This document shows positions 48,301 to 56,990 of a stretch of 64,000 bases of DNA, piece by piece (the stretch's first letter is position 1; every line of letters begins with the position of its first letter). The position numbers were made by a program, and so were the translations under genes. The notes below the pieces were generated by a model, which saw only the letters and a program-made list of their open reading frames with translations, made no database searches and was not told the DNA's origin. The stretch comes from Phycisphaerales bacterium. GTDB lineage: Bacteria > Planctomycetota > Phycisphaerae > WQYP01. Where the stretch lies: the NCBI GenBank assembly GCA_027451365.1, contig DAIDJN010000084.1, positions 62,869 to 126,868 on the forward strand, written 5' to 3'.

Positions 48301-51087
48301 TCCCCCAATTGAGGTGTAATTCCAAGGGGAGGGAAGTGTTGAAGCCCCGGTCGTTACCGACGCTGCACCGCTCGGCGTCCCCAGACTGCCGATATTCGCC
48401 GCCACCACCTGATAATAATACTGCGTGGCCGCCTGCAAGGCGTTATCCGTGAAGCTGGTCGTGCCCACTGCCACGCTGGCAATCTGGCTGAAATTCACCC
48501 CGTCTGTGCTGCGTTCAATGACATAGTTGCTGTCCGTACCGGCCGGGTTGGGATCGGTCCAGGCAAGGTTGACCTCTGACGCCCCATTGGCCGATGCCGT
48601 CAGGCCCGTTACCGCATCAGCCGGCGCTGCGGCCGTCCCAATGCTTACGCCGCTGAATGTTGCCGTATTTAACTGCGCATTGTCATGGGCGGTTACCGCC
48701 AGGCCCGCAAGGATTGTGCTGTTGGAAAAATTAATGGCCTGAGAAGTGCCAATTTGCGTCCAATTCGTACCGTCCGTGCTGTAATAAGCGCCGAACTGAT
48801 TGCCCACCCGCGTGAGCTTTACCCACACCGGGGCGGTGATACCCGTGATCTGGGCATTGCCGCACTGCCCGCCTGCGCTGTTGCGCCACTGAAACGCAAC
48901 GCCGCTGCCTGGGCTGACTATCACATCCGCAAACGCCGCCCCCGCAATGTTGTCGTTGCGGAACATCACGCCCGCCTTCGCCCAGCCGTTGGTATTGGTA
49001 AGACTGTCAACCTGCGCGACAATCTGTCCATCGCCCGTGAGATTCTGGCTGGCAAAGTTAAACTGGTCTGCCGTGTTCCAGATATCACTTCCCCCACCGG
49101 ACACAATCCAATTGCCGCTGGCGGGATCATAGACCGCCCCCCCGGGAATGGCTGGGGACCCGATATTCTGGTCGCTAAATCCGCTGGGAAGCGATGGACC
49201 GGCCACTGCCACATTGCTGAAACTTGCTGTAGTTAGTTCGCCGTTGTTCTGGGCCGTTACCGCCAGCCCGGCCAGACTTGTCGCGTTGGTAAAGGCTATC
49301 GTCTGATCACTGCCTATTTGCAACCAGGCCGTCCCATTGGTGCTGTAATACGCGGAATATGAATCTCCCGCGCGCACCAGCTTCACCCACAGCGGCCCGG
49401 TTAGACCATTAACCTGCTGCTGATTGACACTTCCGCCCGCCACGGTTCTCCATTGGAACGCCGCCGTGCCCCCGGGCATGACAATGGCGTCCGCCATGAT
49501 CGCGTTGGCCGCATTGGAATCCCGGAACATCACCCCCGCCTTCGCATACGTTCCCGCCGTCGTCTGATTGGTTATCTCCGCGACCAACTGCCCATCGCCT
49601 GTGAAGCTCTGGCTGGCAAAGTTAAACTGGTCTGCCGTGTTCCAGATATCATTTCCCCCGCCAACCACCGTCCAATTGCCCGTCGCCGAGTCATAACTCG
49701 CCCCGCCCACATACCCGGGATTCCCAATGTCCTGATCCGTAAATCCCGCCGGCAATGTGGCCGCCGTCACTGCCACATTACTGAAAGTTGCTGTGCTTAA
49801 TTGCGTGTTGTCATGGGCGGTTACCGCCAGGCCCGCCAGCGCCGTCTGACCGATGTACACATTCTGGCTTGTTCCAACCTGCGTCCAGGTCGTGCCGTTG
49901 GTGCTGTAATAGCCGCTGAAGCTGTCGCCCACACGGGTTAACTTAACCCACACCGGAGCCGTAAGCCCCGTGATCTGGGCATTGCCGCACTGCCCTCCGG
50001 CAATATTCCGCCATTGAAACGCCACACCTTCGCCCGGGCTGACTATCACATCGGCGAACGCCGCCCCGGCGGTGCTGTCATTGCGGAACATCACCCCCGC
50101 CTTGGCCCAGACATTCGTATCCGTCTGACTGTTGACCTGAGCTATGATTGACCCGCTGCCGGTAAAGCTCTGGGATGTAAAATTAAACTGATCTTCTGAA
50201 TTCCAAATATCACCCCCACCGCCGTTGACCGTCCAATTGCCCGTGGTCGGGTCATAAGTCGCGCTTCCGGCGATCGCCGGGCCGCCGATGTCCTGACTTG
50301 CGAAATTCATTGGCGTGGCTGAAAAACTATTAAAATTCACCGTCTGGCTTTGTGCCGCGTTGCCGCTGGTTACCGCCAGACCCGCCAGATTCGTTGTGCT
50401 GGTAAAGGTAATGTTAATTGGCGCGGTGTTCATTTCCGTCCAGGTCACGCCATCGGTGCTGTAATAACCGGTGAATGAATCCGTTGTGCCCGATTGTGTT
50501 TCTGAAAGCTGCACCCACGCCGGGCTTACCGCGATGCTGGTGGTGGCAGCCACCGTCACCGCGCCACCGGTGCTGTTGCGATAGCTCAGGCTGATGGTTC
50601 CATTGGGATTTTCCAATACCGCCGCAAATTCACTGCCCGCCGCGCTGGTATCCCGAATCATTACGCCGGCCTGGGCATTGGTGCCGGTGTTGGCCACACC
50701 GCCGACATTCGCGGCAAGCGAACCCGAACCGGTCCAGTTTTCAGCGGTGTAATTGAACTGATCGGAGGAGCCTGCAACACCCGTGCCCGCGCCCGACGCC
50801 TGCCACTGGTTGCTGGCCGAGACATAAACAGCCGAACCGGCAATCGCCGGGGTGCCAATATCCATATTGGCAAAGGGCGTCGGCAATGAACTCATGTAGA
50901 TACGCTGTTCAAGTTGCTCAAACACCGGGCCTTGTCGCGCCGCCCGGGCCAGTCGCGCCGGCGAAGCCTCAGGCGAACCATTACCACGCCAGTTGGGCCT
51001 TGCGACGGACCGGAGGGACCCGCGCGCGCCGGCAAGAAATCTCTGAATAAGCGAACCACGACGCGACCTGGCTTGCGCACCGCTCAT
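45313..51087 (-). CDS. giant planctomycete extracellular protein: LEPR-XLL-like motif, five DUF1349/ConA-like repeats, two FN3, unique C-terminal domain
   Basis: FEQLEQRIYMS; repeated DIG.P...G.A.Y / DQFNFASQ / AKAGVMFR / W.KL.R.G / YSTDG..W / GLAVTA; FN3 (L.W..Y.IERSTDG..F..Y.YQV.A.N). Confidence 0.85.
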   Translation of the reverse strand: MSGAQARSRRGSLIQRFLAGARGSLRSVARPNWRGNGSPEASPARLARAARQGPVFEQLEQRIYMSSLPTPFANMDIGTPAIAGSAVYVSASNQWQASGAGTGVAGSSDQFNYTAENWTGSGSLAANVGGVANTGTNAQAGVMIRDTSAAGSEFAAVLENPNGTISLSYRNSTGGAVTVAATTSIAVSPAWVQLSETQSGTTDSFTGYYSTDGVTWTEMNTAPINITFTSTTNLAGLAVTSGNAAQSQTVNFNSFSATPMNFASQDIGGPAIAGSATYDPTTGNWTVNGGGGDIWNSEDQFNFTSQSFTGSGSIIAQVNSQTDTNVWAKAGVMFRNDSTAGAAFADVIVSPGEGVAFQWRNIAGGQCGNAQITGLTAPVWVKLTRVGDSFSGYYSTNGTTWTQVGTSQNVYIGQTALAGLAVTAHDNTQLSTATFSNVAVTAATLPAGFTDQDIGNPGYVGGASYDSATGNWTVVGGGNDIWNTADQFNFASQSFTGDGQLVAEITNQTTAGTYAKAGVMFRDSNAANAIMADAIVMPGGTAAFQWRTVAGGSVNQQQVNGLTGPLWVKLVRAGDSYSAYYSTNGTAWLQIGSDQTIAFTNATSLAGLAVTAQNNGELTTASFSNVAVAGPSLPSGFSDQNIGSPAIPGGAVYDPASGNWIVSGGGSDIWNTADQFNFASQNLTGDGQIVAQVDSLTNTNGWAKAGVMFRNDNIAGAAFADVIVSPGSGVAFQWRNSAGGQCGNAQITGITAPVWVKLTRVGNQFGAYYSTDGTNWTQIGTSQAINFSNSTILAGLAVTAHDNAQLNTATFSGVSIGTAAAPADAVTGLTASANGASEVNLAWTDPNPAGTDSNYVIERSTDGVNFSQIASVAVGTTSFTDNALQAATQYYYQVVAANIGSLGTPSGAASVTTGASTLPSPWNYTSIGGAVSNTPTISSGTYTIVGDGTIAANTDSYYYVGGTTDSFDTIYQSLGTSQQITAEISSQTNTDPWAKAGLMMRAGGDSAAVFAGIFITPGQGVMMLARTAAGDNATDPGYDSAYSLTNGPEWLRLTINNGTATGYISTDDINWSQVGQVAITLGAVPVVGLAVDSSSPNPSTAVFSNVSVGAIASQTVTPETPYYLQAEAFSANDGRVTWAPMNGVTSFNVEESTDNGQTWQLAASGGSATTDTYLPDNLTANTAYLFRVQAVNANGASAYSQAVSMTTGTTASWANYFAQAPGLGPIASNLETNVSLSSTNATVNAPSWQNAMLTQLSGTVDVPQLDTSYVIGNFSGATAGSGTFGASGVLLMPSLTSNSLGVNNNYGELGSNPNQNDNTPKGTINEIENAPGANGAVFNQTAAENIDQGGYLLLNSNDYDYRLNGNSLEPAYSQTKLTVADPALQELQINAVNPTTQGGIYTLTTTDGLQLWLDNEKTTQVTSTYTFDATKTETIYVEGILPGEGAIALNWQPNAGAAAQLLDMVYYNVWQITGPQNVPGNGEYVYSVQLPSGVNPDSASWDVPNSADVPVAQSNPDNIGVVWSNGPEIGEVNYSPVAGFMGQWNVNVVQVKVAAPQGAQASTPGAPVDAGTFLDGNNVLRKVVASSANHITAPGILWHAQVTLTGTGADNNWGISQIQFGFIQNGTAFQNDGYYADGKVLKSSLDGHITPGAPVVDYDIQPGGKAPWYDGYTYTVNAADGYTMAISEGDTPADGPPVYSDQLMAWEATNAHALTSMVLEFDFNLYVAAQTLNDENVYAPEAVGSWSFNGSGIVTVDPGNGTATWAAGAAAGVIGFDSWTQPTTEDAPVTAGSSFNDLLRTADGGESFAARAAAQAPSMAWHSADRLPIYPPASVSDVRGGTSENGRSSVDFTNPRSPQLRAYERNDISSVRLAFRAAGGDVPVKLTIVSSDGFNGLFAARRWNHPFARRAVSGTFLNPDEVRL
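48640..50880 (-). repeat. intragenic ~564-bp tandem domain repeats
   Basis: CTGGCTGGCAAAGTTAAACTGGTCTGCCGTGTTCCAGATATCA at ~49045 and ~49609; CCCGTGATCTGGGCATTGCCGCACTGCCC at ~48842 and ~49967. Confidence 0.85.
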
Positions 51088-51229
51088 GAATATAATTCCT
51101 TTCCCGAACAGCCCCGAGCGCCAGAACAGCACGTCACGGGAAAAGGTGAGTTCCAAAAATTTATTACCCAATCCCCTCTTTCCCTCTTTTTTTTCCAACT
51201 CCCCCTCTTCATTCCCAATCTGAAGGCGG

Positions 51230-51259
51230 ACTATACCAACCCACCAAACAGCGTGTCAA
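51230..51259 (-). promoter_or_regulatory. sigma70 promoter of the giant gene
   Basis: TTGACA-N18-TATAGT with extended TG. Confidence 0.6.
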
Positions 51260-51677
51260 GTCGAAAGCATAAAATCATATAAAAATTTATTATTGGCCGC
51301 GCGCAAAGAATTCATGAATCCAAACTCGCGCCGCCTCCGCCACTCACCATCCCCAATACAATAAAAAAAGGAAGCACAGCACCCCAGTATTCAAATGATG
51401 CGATTCGTTCAAAGATTCCGCAGGCATCCCGTTCATTGCGGTCGCAATCGCGGCAGCCCCGACCGCTCGTTTAATTCGCTTAAGCAAATCGGCCGCGCCA
51501 CCTTCGCATACAGCGCAATTTCCTTTAGATTTACCGTCCGCGATCACCTTTCTTATGCGCTGGACGCAGCCGCCGCCATCGCGCAGCGATCCGTTGCTGC
51601 CGTTAGGCCACTACCGGGCCACGGGATCGATGAGGGGTTACATTTTTACGTTTAGAGAGCAGCCCGCGCCCCGCCCC

Positions 51678-51706
51678 TTGTATTTCCAACCTGGTTTTGG
51701 CATAAT
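51678..51706 (+). promoter_or_regulatory. putative sigma70 promoter of ilvBN
   Basis: TTGTAT-N17-CATAAT with extended TG. Confidence 0.45.
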
Positions 51707-51858
51707 CATCCCTACAACGGCCTGTGCGGTCGGCTTTGTCCGCTCGCATTTGGCTTTTTCGGAAGAAAACGGCGGCCTGAATTGGCGCTGGTGTAATTCG
51801 CCATTGTGCGGACGCCCGCTACCCTTTTCATCGCAGTCGCAAGTTGTATGAGGTTTTT

Positions 51859-53745
51859 ATGTCCTCCATGACCCCACCCACCGGGGCGGCTGGCTTTGCG
51901 CCGGCGGCCAAAACTGATTCAATAAAACCCTTCCCTGCTCGCAAGAAGGATGCCCCTGCGGACACAGCGGCTGATGCAGTCCAGGCACTGCCTGTACTCG
52001 GCAAGCCGACCGGCCCGACCGACCGCTATATCGGCCAGACCGGCGCACAAATACTCCTGCAAATGCTTGTTGAACATGGCGTCACTGATGCCTTCGGTTA
52101 TCCTGGCGGAGCCATCCTGCCTACCTTCGATCAACTGTATGAAAAGCAATTGAACTTTATTCTGGTGCGTCACGAACAGGGTGCCGGCCACATGGCTGAC
52201 GGCTACGCCCGCGCCACCGGCAAGCCCGGTATTGTGATTGTCACCAGCGGCCCGGGAGCCACCAACACCGTCACTCCGCTGGGCACCGCCTACATGGACT
52301 CCATCCCCATGATCGTGTTTTGCGGTCAGGTGCGAACCTACGTGATCGGCAACGATGCGTTTCAGGAAGCCGATGTCACGGGCATTACGCGTCCGGTCAC
52401 CAAACGCAACTATCTGGTCAAAAGTGTCAAAGACCTGCCGCGCATTATTAATGAAGCGTTTATCATTGCGACTACCGGCCGCCCCGGTCCGGTGTTGATA
52501 GACCTTCCAGTGGATGTGACTACCAGCAAGATTGAAGAGATCATTGATGATTCGCCGAACTTGCCTGGCTACAGAATTTATAAGGCCGGCCATAGCCGCA
52601 TGGTCAAGGCCGCTGCGGAAATGATCAACAGTTCTCATCGTCCGGTACTTTACGTGGGCGGCGGGGCCATACTTTCCGACGCGTGGCCTGAAGTTCGGCA
52701 GTTGGCCGAAAAAGGGAATATTCCCACCACCACCACACTTCTGGGCATGGGCGCGTTTGATGAGAACGACCCGCGCAGTCTCCACATGCTGGGCATGCAC
52801 GGGAGTGCCTACGCCAATTACGCTGTGCAGGAATCCGATTGCTTAATCGCCATCGGTGCCCGCTTTGACGACCGCGTGACCGGCAACCTAAAACTCTTCG
52901 CCCCCAAGGCGCGAATTATTCACGTGGATATTGACCCCACCAGCATCAGCAAAAATGTGAAGGTGGACATCCCGGTGGTCGGCGATGCCAAAGCCAGCCT
53001 GCGCGACATGTTGAGCCATATTGAACACCGTCCGCGGACGGAATGGTTCGAACAGATTGCCCAATGGAAGGCCAAATTCCCGTTCACCTATAAAGATGAT
53101 TCAAAGCTGGCCAAACCACAGGCCATTATTGAAGCCATCAACAGGGTCACGAAGGGAAAGGCTGTTTTCACCACCGGCGTTGGCCAGCATCAGATGTGGG
53201 CCGCCCAGTTTATCCGCTGGAGCATACCCCGCAGCATGATTACCAGTGGCGGCTTGGGCACCATGGGTTTCGGCCTGCCCGCCGCGATCGGCGCTCAAGT
53301 GGGTCGCCCCAACGAACTGGTCATAGATATTGACGGCGACGCCAGCTACATCATGACCGCCATGGAACTCGCCACCATCCGTCAGTACAACCTGCCGGTG
53401 AAAGTCGCTATCCTGAACAACAACTTTCAGGGCATGGTACGTCAATGGCAGCAATTGTTCTACAAGGGTCGATTTTCCCATTCAGAAATGATCAACCCGA
53501 ATTTTGCCGCCATGGCCGAAAGCTTCGGCATTCGCGGCATTCGGTGTGAAAAGAAGGAAGATGTTCTGAAAACCGTTGAGGAAATGATCAACCACCCCGG
53601 CCCATGCGTGGTGGATTTTCTTTGTGAAACGGATGAGAACGTTTATCCAATGGTCGCCAGCGGCAAAGGCCTTCATGAAATGGAGCTTGGTGTTGTTGGA
53701 GCGGCACCGCCCAATACCGGACGGGAAATGGGAACTCTGGCTTAA
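51859..53745 (+). CDS. ilvB: acetolactate synthase large subunit
   Basis: FGYPGGAILP, RHEQGAGHMADGYAR, TSGPGATN, MLGMHG, RFDDRVTG, TSGGLGTMGFG, DGDAS..NN..GMVRQWQ. Confidence 0.96.
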   Translation: MSSMTPPTGAAGFAPAAKTDSIKPFPARKKDAPADTAADAVQALPVLGKPTGPTDRYIGQTGAQILLQMLVEHGVTDAFGYPGGAILPTFDQLYEKQLNFILVRHEQGAGHMADGYARATGKPGIVIVTSGPGATNTVTPLGTAYMDSIPMIVFCGQVRTYVIGNDAFQEADVTGITRPVTKRNYLVKSVKDLPRIINEAFIIATTGRPGPVLIDLPVDVTTSKIEEIIDDSPNLPGYRIYKAGHSRMVKAAAEMINSSHRPVLYVGGGAILSDAWPEVRQLAEKGNIPTTTTLLGMGAFDENDPRSLHMLGMHGSAYANYAVQESDCLIAIGARFDDRVTGNLKLFAPKARIIHVDIDPTSISKNVKVDIPVVGDAKASLRDMLSHIEHRPRTEWFEQIAQWKAKFPFTYKDDSKLAKPQAIIEAINRVTKGKAVFTTGVGQHQMWAAQFIRWSIPRSMITSGGLGTMGFGLPAAIGAQVGRPNELVIDIDGDASYIMTAMELATIRQYNLPVKVAILNNNFQGMVRQWQQLFYKGRFSHSEMINPNFAAMAESFGIRGIRCEKKEDVLKTVEEMINHPGPCVVDFLCETDENVYPMVASGKGLHEMELGVVGAAPPNTGREMGTLA

Positions 53746-53926
53746 GTGCCGGCGGTTTTTTTCCCGCCCGCGCAACACTCGCCCGTTTCGGCAGCGACGC
53801 GGTATCTGATTTTTTTTGTATGAACTGGCAGTTCGGCGGTGGACTTCTTAACGGTCATTCAGTCGGCCGCATAGTGGACCTTGCGTTCAGAAGGCTGGAT
53901 CGCCTGATTAATAACGGAGCGTATTT

Positions 53927-54517
53927 ATGAAACATGTCATTACAGCCCTGGTGATGAACGAACCCGGCGTGCTTGCCCATGTTGCGGGAATGTTCGCCGC
54001 ACGCGGTTTTAACATTGATTCGCTTGTGGTGGGCCGGACTGAAGACCCCAATCTGTCCCGCATGACCATTGTGACGATAGCGGACGAACGCACACTCGAT
54101 CAAGTTCGCAAGCAACTGGCCAAAATAGTCACCGTAGTCAAGGTGCGGGATTATAAAGATGTCCCGTTTGTTTCACGGGATCTGATGCTGGTGAAAATGC
54201 GAAGCACTCCGGCCACGCGCGGTGAAATTATTGAACTGACCAATCTTTTTCGCGGCCAGGTGGTGGATGTGGGCGCCAATTCCATCATTGTGCAGATTGC
54301 CGGAGAAGAAGAAAAATTTGAAGCCTTTGTGGAGCTTGTTCGCCCCTATGGCATTCTGGAACTTGGCCGCACCGGTGTGGTGGCAATGGCGCGCGGAACC
54401 GATTCTCTGCGTAATCCCGGTGCGGAAGAAATTTCCACTGGAAAACCGCAGCGGTCAACCATACCCGCCAAACGTCAGCCCACTCAGGAAGAAATAGAAG
54501 CCACGCCTCCGGGTTGA
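53927..54517 (+). CDS. ilvN: acetolactate synthase small subunit
   Basis: NEPGVL...GMFAARGFNIDSL.VG, SRMTI, KQLAK, E..RTG. Confidence 0.95.
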   Translation: MKHVITALVMNEPGVLAHVAGMFAARGFNIDSLVVGRTEDPNLSRMTIVTIADERTLDQVRKQLAKIVTVVKVRDYKDVPFVSRDLMLVKMRSTPATRGEIIELTNLFRGQVVDVGANSIIVQIAGEEEKFEAFVELVRPYGILELGRTGVVAMARGTDSLRNPGAEEISTGKPQRSTIPAKRQPTQEEIEATPPG

Positions 54518-54570
54518 TTACGTCGGACCGGCGGATGCAGTGCTCTGACTTGTCGCGGTTGAACCGGCAT

Positions 54571-54996
54571 TCACCGCCCGGCGGAATCTGAAGGACCTGA
54601 TGGGGTCTGTGACGTTTTTTCCTGGTTGCGATGCTTCATGCCGCGGAACACGCCCGGTATGTCGCGCCAGGGGACTGCGGCCAGCATTTCCACAGCACCG
54701 CTGCGAATGGCAAAATCAACCAGTCGTCCCAGTGGTTTCTTGGGCGCGGAATCCGCAGGCTCATTGACCGGTGCAGCGGCACTGGCACGGCTCGCCCAGC
54801 GTCCCGCGCCGCGACCGAAAACAACTCCCGCTAATACCATGGCGGCCATGGATCCGATGGGATGTTTTTTCAGCAAAGCCGCCGGAGACATCGATTCGCG
54901 CACCTGCTGGCGAATTTGATGCACATCGGCCTCTATTTCATCCAGCAGTTGCTCACGACGCAACTCCATGGCCTCTATTTCATTGCGCAGGGTCAT
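54571..54996 (-). CDS. hypothetical protein (YqjK/DUF3618-like position)
   Basis: Coiled-coil N-terminus, HP plus TM segment; ATGA-coupled to the upstream gene. Confidence 0.55.
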   Translation of the reverse strand: MTLRNEIEAMELRREQLLDEIEADVHQIRQQVRESMSPAALLKKHPIGSMAAMVLAGVVFGRGAGRWASRASAAAPVNEPADSAPKKPLGRLVDFAIRSGAVEMLAAVPWRDIPGVFRGMKHRNQEKTSQTPSGPSDSAGR

Positions 54997-55403
54997 TGGT
55001 CTGCTCCTCCGTCGGCGGCCTTATTTCGATGCGGCTTCGCGCGAATGCCGACATCAGTAATCCGGCCGGCGGCAAGCCAAAGCCCACCCGCCAGAAGAAA
55101 ATGAAACATCGCGAAAATCAGGAAAACGTAGCGCGTTGGCAGGATCCGTTCCAAAGACTGAAAAACCGCCAGGTACAGAAAAACCAACCCCGCCAGCGCT
55201 GTGATAACCGCTAGAAAAAGCAGCCCAATTCTCTGAAAAGATGCCTGAATTGCTGCCAATATTTTCAAGCCGACAAGGCGGGCCTGAAGCTCAATCAACT
55301 CCATAACACCGTGGAAAATCCGACGCCCGGCTGACCCGGCGCGCGATTCTGCCGCCGCCGGGGTTTCGGAAAAGGGTACATCGTTGCGGCCAGATTCCTG
55401 CAT
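54993..55403 (-). CDS. YqjE-like (phage-holin family) membrane protein
   Basis: ELIELQARL helix plus two TMs; follows the DUF883 gene. Confidence 0.7.
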   Translation of the reverse strand: MQESGRNDVPFSETPAAAESRAGSAGRRIFHGVMELIELQARLVGLKILAAIQASFQRIGLLFLAVITALAGLVFLYLAVFQSLERILPTRYVFLIFAMFHFLLAGGLWLAAGRITDVGIRAKPHRNKAADGGADQ

Positions 55404-55567
55404 GGGTCGCCTTTATAAACATCATACCGGCGAAGCGGCCAGGACAGACATCGCCCTGAACACCCCCCACAAATGGTCTGCACCCTGCCCGCTGCCGAAC
55501 GTTGTCAGCGGCTGGTTCTTAGGCAGCGCGGTGCATCGCCCGGTCGTGGGCGGCACGTTTTGCAATT

Positions 55568-55900
55568 TCAATCGCGCCCATTGCGGAACCGCAGCATCAT
55601 GCCGACCATGACGCCGACACCGGCTGCAATCGCCAGAGACTTGTACGGATTATGCCGCACATAGCTGACCGTGGAAACATGCAGGTGTTCGGCCTGGTGC
55701 CGCAGGGCATCGCCCTTGGTGGCGGCCCAATCCTTGGCGTGGCTCGCGAGTTCGGTAGCACCGGTCACGGCCACATGCCGTGCCTCGCCCGCAAGGTCCT
55801 TGACCGCCTGTCCCGCTACAACCGCCTTTTGGCGAAGTGCATCGGTTTGGACGCCACCGGATGTTGCCTTGCCATCGCCAGTTAATACTGCCTCAGACAT
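55568..55900 (-). CDS. DUF883/ElaB/YqjD family protein
   Basis: YVRHNPYKSLAIAAGVGVMVG C-terminal anchor. Confidence 0.88.
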   Translation of the reverse strand: MSEAVLTGDGKATSGGVQTDALRQKAVVAGQAVKDLAGEARHVAVTGATELASHAKDWAATKGDALRHQAEHLHVSTVSYVRHNPYKSLAIAAGVGVMVGMMLRFRNGRD

Positions 55901-56210
55901 AACGATACCCCTTAAAAAAGGATGGACATACGTTTTTAATTTCTGCGTCGGCAGCGATAGGATCGCGCCATCTTGCCCACCGCGTGGATTCTATGTGATA
56001 AATCGGTATAAAAGCAAATTTTCTTTGCAATTTTTATTTGAACACCTGAATTAACCGAAATTCTCCCGCGATTGCCGCCGAAGCCCCCGCGGCGGCCTGC
56101 TGCCGAAATGGCTAGACTGCACCCTCTTGGCCAAGGCTGGCTGGTCTTGCTGCGAATTAACCACAATTCCGGTAAAGTTTGATGGCTTTAGAAAACAGGA
56201 GCGTGCAATT

Positions 56211-56990
56211 TTGCGAATTATGAGCTACAACATTTTTGAAGGCGGCATGGGCCGCTTAGACCCCCTTTACGAGGTTATTCGGGCCGAAAATCCGGATGTG
56301 ATTCTGGTTCAAGAGACCTGGGAAACAGCCATTTTTGAAAAGCTGGCCATAAAACTCGGCATGGAGATATTTCAGGCCCAGAATCCGCGAAATTCGCGCG
56401 GAAATGTGGGTATTTTGAGCCGTTTCCCCATTCGCCGCGCCATCAACTTCGGCCCGATGGATTCGCGACTGACCCGCGCCGCGGCACTGGCGACAGTGAA
56501 CGGTCCGAATTTTTCCGTAAGCCTGCTATGTGTGCACCTGCACCCCTACCCCACACCCGCTGACGAAGCCATTCGCCTGCGTGAGATGGAGGCTATTCTG
56601 GATATTGCCCGGAACAACCCGGCTGAATCGGAGGGGGTCATAATTGGCGGTGATTTTAATTCGGTGCATCCGGATCAGCCGATAGATACAGCCCAGCTGG
56701 ACCCGAAAAACTACCAGCGAATGATGGCGCATGGTGGAAGTGCGCCCCGCCAGGTGGTGAAAAAAATACTGGAAAATGGCTGGCTTGACGCACACGCCGC
56801 AACCCGCGATCCTGCTGGTTGGGATACCACCTTCACCACCGCGTATCCCGCCATGCGGGTGGATTACCTGTTTGTGCCTAACCCGATGGCGAGTCGTGTA
56901 GCGGGATGTCGCGTCGTAAAAAGCCCGATGGCGCGGTTCGCCAGCGATCATTTTCCGATCGTGCTGGATTTGCGTCAGGCCGCCAGATAG
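56211..56990 (+). CDS. endonuclease/exonuclease/phosphatase family protein
   Basis: IMSYNI, DVILVQE, ILSRFPI, GGDFN, RVDY, SDHFP; TTG start after AGGAG. Confidence 0.9.
   Translation: MRIMSYNIFEGGMGRLDPLYEVIRAENPDVILVQETWETAIFEKLAIKLGMEIFQAQNPRNSRGNVGILSRFPIRRAINFGPMDSRLTRAAALATVNGPNFSVSLLCVHLHPYPTPADEAIRLREMEAILDIARNNPAESEGVIIGGDFNSVHPDQPIDTAQLDPKNYQRMMAHGGSAPRQVVKKILENGWLDAHAATRDPAGWDTTFTTAYPAMRVDYLFVPNPMASRVAGCRVVKSPMARFASDHFPIVLDLRQAAR

Noticed and set aside
51300..51850. Ile/Leu/Val attenuator peptide before ilvB
   Set aside because: No short ILV-rich ORF with a terminator found
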